A stretch of DNA of 64,000 nucleotides from Leucoraja ocellata (lineage: Eukaryota). Under the pieces are notes generated by a model. The model saw only the letters and a program-made list of their open reading frames with translations. It was not told the DNA's origin and made no database searches. Both the position numbers and the translations under genes were made by a program. The DNA lies in contig JAWMAR010000834.1 of NCBI GenBank assembly GCA_036785375.1, positions 434,001-498,000 on the forward strand, written 5' to 3'. Positions within the stretch are counted from its first letter, which is position 1. The number at the start of each line of letters is the position of its first letter. Of this stretch, positions 12,316 to 22,900 are shown one piece after another.

Positions 12316-12769
12316 TGCCCTCCGCTCCCACCCTTGATCATATACTCAACTGGTATCTCTTCTCTATTCCTACTATGTTTAGTCATTACAATTATCTGTG
12401 ATTTCACACGGCTGCTTTGAAGAATGACACACATGCGTCCTGGTGGGGTTCTTCGCGTATTCCCTCAACGTTACTCCTCATAAAATAACGATCAAACTTC
12501 AAACTGGTAAGTTCTCGTTTAATCTTACTATTTCAAATTCAAATTGTGAACGCAGTTTCTCTCTCCACATATGTTTTCTGGCCAACTGAGCATTTTGTCA
12601 TTTTCTGCTTCTACTTCAGACTTCCAGTATCTGCAATTTATTATTTGAATTTTCATCAGCGACTCTTTTATGTCAGAATATATATTGCACTCAGGTGGAT
12701 ATAATCCTTCCGTGTTAATTGGCATGTTTTAATTCAGGTCACAATTCAGCGGCAGCATCTAGGCTACGG

Positions 12770-13250
12770 CCCCACTCCAATACTGACAGGGTGCTGTATA
12801 GTCAGAGGTACATCTACCAGATCAAAGCTTTTTTTGCTCTACCAGACCGAGATGGTACAGTGGCGCAATGGTAGAGCTGCTTTCTCACAGCATCAGAGAC
12901 CTCCGTTCAATCTGAACTTTGGGTGCTGTCCATACGGAGTTTGTACATTCTCCATGTGCCCATGAGGGTTTACTGGTTTCCTCCCACATCCCTGCGATGT
13001 GCAGGGCTGTAGGTTAATTGGTGCCAGTAAATTATCCCTAGTGTGAAGGGTGCAAAACTGGGATAGCACAGAACAAGTGATTGATGGTTGGCATGGACTT
13101 GATGGGCCGAAAGGCCTGTTTCTATACTGCATCTCCAAACATAAACTAAACAGATGGATATTAAAGATCCTATGGTATCATAACAAGGAGGAATAGGAAA
13201 ATAGTTCCTGTTGTACTGGCTATTATTTATCCATCCTCAATCAGAACTGA
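12770..13250 (+). mobile_element. Old Deu-domain SINE (SacSINE1/AmnSINE-like) remnant, split by an HE1-like SINE
   Basis: ACTCCAATACTGACAGGGTGCTGTATAGTCAGAGG before the insertion and CAGATGGATATTAAAGATCCTATGG..TGGCTATTATTTATCC after it resemble the Deu core as I recall it. Confidence 0.6.
12852..13151 (+). mobile_element. HE1-like V-SINE
   Basis: tRNA-like head with A box TGGCGCAATGG and B-box-like GTTCAATC, V-domain GGAGTTTGTACATTCTCC..GGTTTCCTCCCAC, and CR1-like tail GGGCCGAAAGGCCTGTTTC..(CTAAA)n. Confidence 0.88.
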
Positions 13251-14104
13251 TTTTTCGTTTGTCTTTCGATTTGTTCTTCAACTGTGAACACAACCAAAAA
13301 GATTATTTGTGTTCCTTACATAGAATTGCAGCCCTAGATTTCATGGATTTATTTACATTCACTCAAAGAACTCTGTCTTGATCAGCATTGTGTGTCAAAC
13401 TTAAATTTTACTACATTTTCACTGGGATTTCTCCCAATACCGTCTACGTCTTTGTAAAGCAAAAAATCTAGAGGAAGATCTGAAAAATAACTTCTCTCGT
13501 GCTACTGAATTTAATGCAGGTATCAGTGTAATGCTCATGGACATTCATCCCTACAATTCCTCATTCACAAATTCTATAGAACCTATTTTATTCCATTTGC
13601 CACCCAGCAACACAATTACACAAAGTCTTTCTGTACCTGATTGTACTGCTCCTCCTTCCTATCCTGTGTAATCACAGGAAATATGCTAATGAGACTTATG
13701 TTCAAGTAATTAATTTTGTTTTAACTATAATGTGGAATATAAAACTGAGCCTTGATGTTTTCTGTTTCAATCTCCAACTTGACTGGCAAACCTCCATTAA
13801 TCTTTGTATTCATTAATCAACTTCCTATTCAACTTAAAAACCTAACTAGTCAAGGTAAAAAAATAGAATAGTTTTCCTACTCACCTGTCAAAACATTGCC
13901 ACAGAAACATTTGATAAATGGAGTATATTTTATTCCTGCAACTTTTCCACAATTGAAAAAGTTTGGAAGAATTACAACAAGAATTTGTCTTCAATTCGAG
14001 TAATGCTGACTGTCAAATTAATAATTATTCTTACAATTCTGTGAAATATTTCCCTTCATGCTGAACAAGATATGTTTCTCCAATAACTAATTTAAACCTG
14101 AGCA

Positions 14105-15125
14105 TGGGTGAATCCTTGAGCCATATGGACCACCTTACTGAAGTATTCAAGGACATCTTCAACCTTCTGCTTCTACAGTCTTCGATCCTCACCTGCTTCA
14201 AAAGACTATCTATCGTACTGGTGCCCCAAAAGAGCGTGGGAGCCTGCCTACCATCTGATAGCCTTTACATACACTGTAATGAATCACTTTATATGGTTAG
14301 TATGGCACTAATCAATTCCTGCCTCAGAAATGAACTGGATGTAATTCAATTTGCCTAGGTTAATTGTAGACACCATCTCACCTGCTCTCTACTTTGCTCT
14401 GGGCCATCTGGATAACATGAAGAATAGATCAGACTGTTGTTCATTGACTACAGCTTAGTGTTCAAAATATAATTCCCTCCAAATGCATCACCAAGCTCCA
14501 GGTTCTGGACCTCTGTACTTCTCTTTGCAACTGGATCATTGACTACCTCATTGGCAGGCCTCAATAAGTGCAAATCTGTAACATCTCCTCCTCACTGACC
14601 AACAACACATGTGCACCTCAAGGCGTTGTGCTTAACTGTTGCTCTACTCTCGTTACACCCATGGCTGTGTGGCTAAACACAGATCGACTTCCATTTGTAA
14701 TTATGCCAATGAACCACTGCAGTTACCTGAATCATGGAATGTGGTGAGTCAGTGTACGGGAGAAATATGGAACACCTGGCGAGTGATGATGTAAGAACAG
14801 CCACTTGCTCAATGTCAACGAGGCCAATAAACTAATTATTGACCAGAAAGGGGAGGTTAGGAGACCAGGCACCAGTTTTGATCAGTGGATCGGTGGTGGA
14901 GAGAGTTACCAGCTTCAAGTTCCTAGAAGTTAACATTGTGGATGACCTGTCCTGGCCCAGCATGAAGAAAGTATGCCAGCACCTCTACTATCTTAAATGG
15001 TTAGAGATTTGGTGTGTCTCCAAATACTTCCACAAACTCTTACAGATGCACTATAGAAAGTACACTGACTGGTTGCATCATGGGCTGCTATAGCAGTTTC
15101 AATGCAGTTGATGTAAGAGGCTCAA
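14105..15125 (+). mobile_element. Old Rex1/Babar LINE RT fragment
   Basis: [38 protein letters not shown] and VERVTSFKFL, with many stops. Confidence 0.88.
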
Positions 15126-15734
15126 ATGTTTCAACGTAATACAATGTTTCTATGTATTCTGGATGTACAGTGGGCTCAAATGAATATAAAAGTTAATTTT
15201 GTCCAAATGGTTGAACAAAAACCCAACAGCCACAGTCAGGAAGATTTAACCCTTGACTTGAGTGACGAAAAACGTGGTCAACAAGGTAGATTTAAAGCAT
15301 TAAGCTAATAGTGAGAGACTAAGTAATAATGTCATTACAGGTGAATTAATGCTAAGATAGCTATCACTTTTCCATTCTTTCATTTCAGAGGGTTTTGACC
15401 CAAATGTCCAATACCTATTGTTAAGAGAGTTGGCCAATATTGTAAATTGCTCCAAAAGTGCAAGTGAGGGAGGAGTCCGTCTCAACCCAAAATGCAGAAT
15501 ATCCATTTCTCTCCACAGATGCTGTCTCATCCACTGAATTCTTCCAGCAGCGCGATTTGTTGCTCCAGATTACAGCATCCACAGTGTTTTTAATGTCATC
15601 ACAGTATCAACCATGAGGTCAAATTCAATAAAACTGATTTTTCAGGTCTGCACGAGAAGGAAAGAATGAGCGCAAATCTCATGATTTATTTATGTGCCAT
15701 CTTTATCAATTCTAGTCAAATCATTGGATTAATT

Positions 15735-15990
15735 TTGATTGGAGATACAGTGCGGAAACAAGCCCTTCGGCCCACCGAGTCCACGCCGACCAATGATCCC
15801 CGATACGTACACTATCCTACACGCACTAGGGACTATTTACACTTATACCAAGCCAATTAGCCTACAAACCTGTATATATTTTTGGAGTGTGGGAGGATCC
15901 CGGAGAAAACCCGCGCAGGTCAAGGGGAAAATGTATACACTCCATACAAACAAGCAGCCATAGTCAGGATTGAACCCGGGTCTCTGGCGT
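15735..15990 (-). mobile_element. HE1-like V-SINE
   Basis: Reverse complement of the consensus seen at 12852 and 27065. Confidence 0.85.
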
Positions 15991-17417
15991 GTCACGTGCT
16001 GCCCTGACTGATTCCTCAATGACAACTGGTTCACTGTGATCTAGGGCAATAGATTTTGTGTTTGCCATTCTAAGAACATTCCACAAAGAAATTGAAACGA
16101 TTACTTATCTTTTACGCAAATAGTTATTTCACCACCACCACCAATTGACAATTATAATTTAACCTGCTGGCTGAATGGAAAATGGGACTGATTCGACAAG
16201 ATGAAAATAGTTCATCAGCTAATTTAAGCACATTGATCATTAAGAATTAATTTAAGTGTGAGAAAATTGAAAATAAAATCACAGGCATCAGAGAGGGAAA
16301 ACATTGTTGTAAATAGCAAGCAATTTTTTGTGTGCTCAGATAAATTGTAAAAATAATAACATTATTAGATTACTGTTTTGTGGTGAATTTATCCTGGCAA
16401 ACCAATAGCTTTTTTTTTGCCTGGATTTAGTTTCCAGATATAGCATTGCTCTCCATTTATTTGTCACCTTTAACTCAGTGGGTAGCAATCTTGCCTCAGA
16501 TTCAGAGATGCTCTGAGCACAAATCCCACTCTGAAATGTGTGCAGGATATCCAGCCAAAATACTCCATCACAAAGCTGAGGGAGCCCCACACTTTCAGAG
16601 AGGACATCATCAGGTTAAATGCCCAAAATAATGTTTGAATACTTCTCTCAAGTGGATCTAAAAGTTTTCCTGGCAATGTGAAGTAGAAGAACATGAGAGT
16701 TATCACCATGTTCAACGTTAAATTTTCAACCAAGATATGTGCATCAGGCCAATATCTCTTTACATCTTTTGCTTCAATGCAACATTTAAAAAAATCAACC
16801 ACACTTTTTGATCCCACCCAGAATTTCCCTTTGATTAGAAAGAATCAAGCAGCTCAAAGGACTAAAATTCCAGGTTTAGAAAAAGCTATTAAACTGCTGC
16901 CTTGCTGCAAAAATTACCTTTCAATAAAGATCATAATGTACTGTATCTCTTGATGTCTCTACATGGTAATTTCATGGTTGAAAATGGCAAGGACCAGAAA
17001 GTCAATCCATGATTATTTTATGGTGATAATTCCCAGAGCCTGGCGTCCTTAAGTGTGGAATGTGGAGTTAATGTAATATCAGTCTTGTTCAACAGATGGA
17101 GAAAATCATCCTTTGAATGCAAGCGTTGGGGATTGAAGCCTGAGCACAGGGAGTGAATGCAGATCATATCTGGGATGGAGAGCATTCAAGGCTTTGTTAG
17201 GTAATCCAATTCTTCCACCTATATTCAATTCACCTGATTTGACTCCAGGGTTGTTTTTGAACACCTCATGATAAGCAAGTTCCGGAGATTGGGCTTTGTG
17301 CAGGAATTAATATTAATTTTTGGATGTGGGTGATTCTTCAGTAAGGGTCTACTTTGGTGTCCCGCTACTTTGATGCTGTATATAAGGAAAATATGTAATT
17401 CTATACCATTTCTTCTT

Positions 17418-19080
17418 TTTCTATATTGTTAATAAACGTAATCCTCATGAATAAAGAATAAACCCTAAATGAATAAAGTGTTTTTTTTTTTTTTCCCGAT
17501 TTTCGATGCCCCCCCCACCCGGAAAACCGCATGTTCCGATGGTTACTTCTGAAATTTCAAGTCGGCATATTTATTTAATGGGGGATTTATCTGAAATGAA
17601 AATATCTTTAAATGATAGGTATTAATATTTTAAATATTTTTCACCCTTAAAACAATTCCTCTATTCTTGATAAAATTATAAATCTTATTGTTTTTTTCAA
17701 AAATTTCTTGTCTCGATGATAGGAGTCATTTACCGTTTCTCCTGATTCGCAGGACGAGAAGCGTGTGAAAACTACACTTTTTGCTGCATAGCGGGTATGT
17801 ACCTTTATCAGTGTCATTCCCGAACGGTGATTATCTCTTAGAATTTATTTTTTTAATTGTCCTCTTTTGATTTGTTCTGGAGAACAAATCGTGTCATGCG
17901 CCATTTGACCAAACGATATGGCCAGGCATGGCTTTCCGGCGAGGCCATCCTGGGCTAAAGGCTTGGGCCACTATACCTGTCACTGCCACCTCCGTAAATT
18001 AATCTAATCTTTCAAAACTCTTTAGATTCTGGAGTAGTTCCTGAAGATTGGCGGGTAGCAAACGTAACCCCACTTTTTAAGAAGGGAGGGAGAGAGAAAA
18101 TGGGGAATTACAGACCAGTTAGTCTAACATCGGTAGTGGGGAAACTGCTAGAGTCAGTTATTAAAGATGGGATAGCTGCACATTTGGAAAGTGGTGAAAT
18201 CATTGGACAAAGTCAACATGGATTTACGAAAGGTAAATCATGTCTGATGAATCTTACAGAATTTTTCGAGGATGTAACTAGTAGCGTGGATAGGGGAGAA
18301 CCAGTGGATGCGGTGTATCTGGACTTCCAGAAGGCTTTCGACAAGGTCCCACATAAGAGATTAGTATACAAACTTAAAGCACAAGGCATTGGGGGTTCAG
18401 TATTGATGTGGGGTACCGCAAGGCTCAGTGCTGGGACCCCAGCTATTTACAATATATATTAATGATCTGGATGAGGGAATTGAAGGCAATATCTCCAAGT
18501 TTGCGGATGATACTAAGCTGGGGGGCAGTGTTAGCTGTGAGGAGGATGCTAGGAGACTGCAGGGTGACTTGGATAGGCTGGGTGAGTGGGCAAATGTTTG
18601 GCAGATGCAGTATAATGTGGATAAATGTGAGGTTATCCATTTTGGTGGCAAAAACGGGAAAGTAGACTATTATCTAAATGGTGGCCGATTGGGAAAGTGG
18701 GAGATGCAGCTAGACCTGGGTGTCATGGTACACCAGTCATTGAAGGTAGGCATGCAGGTGCAGCAGGCAGTAAAGAAAGCGAATGGTATGTTAGCTTTCA
18801 TTGCAAAAGGATTTGAGTATAGGAGCAGGGAGGTTCTACTGCAGTTGTACAGGGTCTTGGTGAGACCACACCTGGAGTATTGTGTACAGTTTTGGTCTCC
18901 AAATCTGAGGAAGGACATTATTGCCATAGAGTGAGTGCAGAGACGGTTCACCAGACTGATTCCTGGGATGTCAGCACTGTCTTATGAACGTACATTGGGA
19001 AATACATTTAAAAATAACGCTTTATTCATTTAGGGTTTAATCTTTATTTATGAGGATTATGTTTATTAACAATATAGAAA
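17418..19080. mobile_element. TIR-bounded non-autonomous DNA element carrying a CR1 fragment
   Basis: 65-bp inverted repeats at 17418-17482 and 19016-19080 with 4 mismatches (TTTCTATATTGTTAATAAAC..CCCTAAATGAATAAAG). Confidence 0.8.
17998..18988 (+). mobile_element. CR1 ORF2 RT internal fragment, truncated at both ends and internally deleted
   Basis: NYRPVSLTS, QHGF..G.SCL, YLDFQKAFD, GVPQGSVLGP and KFADD. There is a deletion near 18410 and no 3' tail. Confidence 0.93.
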
Positions 19081-19239
19081 CTCTCGAACTTGATCATCTC
19101 CATCATGCTGAGATGCCCGTCACATGAGTATTTTATGCTCATAATGTGTAAAATAATATAACAATGACCATAGTTATGAATTGTAATTAATAAATGAACA
19201 GTATGTTTCTGCCTATTCATCTGACATTCATGGGTGAAC

Positions 19240-19430
19240 AACAGGGGACAACAAAGGATGACTGAACTTTGGTGCCTTCCCTCACAGTGGGAAACTGATT
19301 CCGCTGTGTGGGGATGTTTATGTTAAAGACTGTCGTGTTCTGTGTTCTTTATTTTATTCCAATGGCTGTATGGTGACCACCAATAAATGTCTCTTGTCTC
19401 TTGTCACTTGTCTTGTCTCTTGTCTCTTGT
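19240..19430 (+). mobile_element. Hairpin retroposon 3' fragment, copy B
   Basis: GCCTTCCCTCACAGTGG..CCGCTGTGTGGGGATG hairpin, then CAATAAA and a (TCTCTTG)n tail. Confidence 0.65.
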
Positions 19431-20024
19431 GAAGTTAATATTGTTTGAGAGGAAGTTGGTGAAAGTTATGTGACGGTTACCATTCTTGCTGAAAATCAAT
19501 ACTTTTTTCGGCAGTAAACTTACGATGGTTTAAAATCAATGCGTTAGACTGAAAAAGTTTTTTTGGGTGGTAGATACTCTATAATTTGAGGAAGATACTC
19601 TATAATTTGAAAAACTGCAACAAAAATTTGATTTTAATTCTTAAATCAGTTATATTTTACAGTATTGTTCATCATAAAAATGCGACGGATATGACTGAAT
19701 GCAATGGGCAACCTGGAAAAAGTAGAGAAAAAAATGAATTAAATTCTCTAAAGGATTGTGCCAAACATATTTTTCCCATAGTAGAGGTTCATCTAGGTGA
19801 AACATCATTCAATGTTGCAAAAATTGAAGTTTTATAATTGTTTCCAGAAACTTCAAAGTAGACACTTACTTAAGATTCACCCATGTATGAGGTCTTGGAT
19901 ATAGATTTGGCTTCTTGAAACTTCTAGCATTGGGTGGTTGTGGAAAGTTGTTTATTGGACTGGAGGTCGTAACCAGTAGTGTGCCTCAGGGATCGGTGCT
20001 GGGACATTGCTGTTTGTGGTTTGT

Positions 20025-20400
20025 CAAGTCTAAGTATCCTTTATTGTCTTTCCTGAAATAAAAATGACAAAAACACACAATAAACACAAATTTAACATCC
20101 ACCACAGTGAGTTCACCAGACACCTCCTCCCATAAAGACATTGTCTCTTCCCTCCTTGTTCTCCCTATGTGCTGAGGCGATCCAGGCCTCCGATGTTGAG
20201 ACCCCGCCGGGTGATGGTATGTAAGTCAGTCCCGCGGCTGAATCCGAGCTCCGCGAATGGGCCAGTTCAAACTCCGCGGCCTGCGGTGGTCGAAGCTGCC
20301 GCCCTCCAATACAGCGGACGAAACTGGTGTTGCGGGAGCTCCGGAAAAAACAGGTCACCAACCTGTGACCTGCGAGCTCCAGACGATGTCGTCCACTGGG
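20025..20400 (-). mobile_element. Hairpin retroposon, copy C (partial)
   Basis: Minus strand has CTCACTGTGGTGGATGTTAAA, a T-rich tract, GACAATAAA and a CTT(A/G)AC tail, with a GC-rich body upstream. Confidence 0.65.
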
Positions 20401-20562
20401 CCGCCGCCGGAACGCCACCACAGCCCCGAAGCCACGCCACAGGAATGCTGGACCGCCGGAACGTCGCCACAGCTCCAAAGTCAGGCCGCCGCCGGAACGT
20501 CGCCACAGCTCCGAAGTCGGGTCCGCTGCCGGAACGCCGCCACAGCTCCGAAGTCGGGCCGC
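20400..20562. repeat. GC-rich minisatellite, about 36-bp unit, about 4 copies
   Basis: Repeated (G)CCGCCGGAACG(T/C)CGCCACAGCTCCGAAGTCGGG. Confidence 0.85.
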
Positions 20563-20814
20563 TGGACCATCTCCTCCGCTGGGATCAGACTCTTCACTTT
20601 CCATTTGGCAACATCTCCGATGCCGTGCTGGGCCGCGTCGAGCTGCGCCGGGCCGGGCCTGGCAAATTCCGGTCGCTCCAAAAATTTTGTCTGGTTGGAG
20701 ACCTCCATCAGCCACCCGCAGCTCCAGTAAAGACGCGATGGTGCAGGAAGGGACGGACCATCCCGGATGTGACAGGAGAAGAGACCAATCTGCGCAGCGC
20801 TGACTGGTAGGAGA

Positions 20815-21145
20815 GGAGATTGATCTGTGCACACGTGGTTTTTACGATTTATAAACCTAGCTAACTTCTACAATATACTACCGATCTGAACGAAACTTGG
20901 TTTAACATCCACCACAGTGAGTTCACCAGACACCTCCTCCCATAAAGACATTGTCTCTTCCCTCCTTGTTCTCCCTATGTGCTGAGGCGATCCAGGCCTC
21001 CGATGTTGAGACCCCGCCGGGTGATGGTATGTAAGTAAGTCACAGGAGTACGGTGAGTGAGCTATCGCGTACTGTTTTTGTGCAAATAAAAAAAACGTGC
21101 AAACAGAAAGGGCACAAATCAGAGTTTTAGTTATGTATAGATAGA
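20815..21145 (-). mobile_element. Probable non-autonomous Helitron-like 5' segment beside a (GATA)n microsatellite
   Basis: Minus strand begins A|TCTATACATAACTAAAACTCTG, a TC start typical of Helitron 5' ends. (GATA)n runs from about 21139 to 21172. Confidence 0.4.
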
Positions 21146-21866
21146 TAGATAGATAGATAGATAGAAGATAGATGGGACAAATACGGACAAAGGGGACTAC
21201 TTATGTGGGGTATCTTGTTTGGCATGGATGAATTGTGTCATAGGGCCTGTTTCCATGCTGTTGACTATGACTTTCTTCAGACATTGGTAAATGCTATCGA
21301 AGTATCAAAGGTTTATGGAAGGCCACTTTGCTCAATGTATCTTTGAGGGGCAAAGGGGAGCCACTCTAATTCCACCTCAACTCATGTTTAATACCCCCGT
21401 AGGTTGCACCATTTCAAATACATGTCCAAATATCTTTTAAATATAATTGTTTCTGACGACCAATTTGTGCTTAGTTAGTTCTGCTGCTGCTGATCACTGT
21501 GTCAACAACCTTTAATCTATTCAATTCAGTTACTGACTTCCAAAACAAGTCAAATAGTTATTTTCTGGCTTCAATATTTATGTAAATAAAAAGAGATTCC
21601 AAAGAAACTTCAGAATTCTTTATTTTATCAATTAACTTCCCTCATGCCATGTTGTGTCTTCTGTGTTTGGTATGTGAGCAACATGCGTTCCTTCCACTTA
21701 TTTCTTGGCCTTCAAAAGCAGTAAACTGCAAGCAAACTGCCTGGAAACCTAAAATTAAAACAAAATGTGTTGGAAATGCCTTGTTCAGGAACTATCTCTT
21801 CCAGTTTAATCATTTTGCAAATAAAACTTAATTTAAACAATCGACTCTGGTCTCTATCCTCCAAAT

Positions 21867-21880
21867 TGGTGACCCCGACG
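21867..21880 (+). promoter_or_regulatory. Primer-binding site, tRNA-Trp
   Basis: TGGTGACCCCGACG is complementary to the vertebrate tRNA-Trp 3' end (..CGTCGGGGTCACCA) and lies directly upstream of gag. Confidence 0.85.
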
Positions 21881-21894
21881 CGTCCATCCGAAGA

Positions 21895-22900
21895 TTGGAC
21901 AACGACATGCAAGATAATTATCTTCCCGCCGGTGCTTCCAACACCCATCAGAATACTGTCAGCCTGAAACTGCCCGCTTTTTGGCCCGATCAACCTCAGG
22001 TGTGGTTCGCCCATGTTGAAGCACAGTTTCATCTGCACCACATCGTTGCAGATGAGATAAGATATTTCCATGTGGTGGGAGCCCTGTCGCTGGAGTCCGC
22101 CTCCCATCTACTGCTTTACCTTCGGGATCCACCCGCAACTGCCAAGTACGATGGCCTCAAGGCCCTCCTTTTGCACACCTTCGGACTCAGCCGATGGGAC
22201 CGTGCTGCCCGCCTCCTTCACATGGACGGCTTGGGAGATCGATGGCCATCCGCTTTAATGGCCAGGATGCTCGCGCTCATGAACGGCCACCTGTTGTTCA
22301 ATCAGACATTTCTGGAACAGATGCCCGATGATGTCCGTCTAATGCTCGCAGCCGTGGATTTCAACGATCCCCAGCAGCTCGCGGAGCGGGCTGATGAGCT
22401 CTGGATGACCAAGCATCAGGATATCTGCGCCATTGACCACGTGCCTGCACCAGCGCGCCTTTCACCTCGGCGGCTCCGCGAGGAAGGCACGCTCTCAGCT
22501 TCTACTGAAGAGCGCAGAAGCGTCCCGAGACTCGCAGTAGGCACTGTTGGTGCTACTACCACCTCCGCTGAGGCTTGGAGGCGTGACGCTGCCGCCATCC
22601 CTGCAAGTTTCAGGGAAATGCCTCTATCGATCGTCTGTAGAGGTGATCGCGATGGCCAGATCGAACGCCTCTACATCCCCGACCGCCATTACGGCCACCT
22701 TTTCCTGGTGGACTCTGGCACGATTGCCAGCATACTGCCCCCGACCAGCTGTGATATCCGTGCTGGTAAGAAGGGTCCTGTCCTGTTGGCCATTAACGGA
22801 AGCGACATACGAACGTACAGTATGCGGACCCTTTCCCTCACTTTCGACTCCTGCCCGTAGAAATGGAAATTTATCGTCGCAAACGTTGCCCAGCCACTCT
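21895..22900 (+). pseudogene. gag: Gypsy gag and aspartic protease remnant
   Basis: VSLKLPAFWPDQPQVWF..VEAQF gag motif and FLVDSG..S..P protease motif; the sequence breaks off after WKFIVANVAQPL. Confidence 0.9.

Larger units (their letters stand above)
7993..12530 (+). mobile_element. DIRS tyrosine-recombinase retrotransposon (copy 1), both ends intact, ORFs decayed
   Basis: Starts TTTTACTTCGGAGTCAC. The internal complementary region (ICR) at 12205-12315 matches both termini, and there is an inverted terminal segment at about 12430-12455. Decayed gag, RT, RNase H, methyltransferase-like and recombinase coding lie inside. Confidence 0.96.

Noticed and set aside
12852-12915. tRNA-like sequences here and at 27065 and 31105
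   Set aside because: They are SINE heads fused to a V-domain and LINE tail, with no complete cloverleaf.
20113-20834. 239-aa and 213-aa overlapping ORFs
   Set aside because: GC-rich repeat and minisatellite sequence, open on both strands, with no domain motifs.
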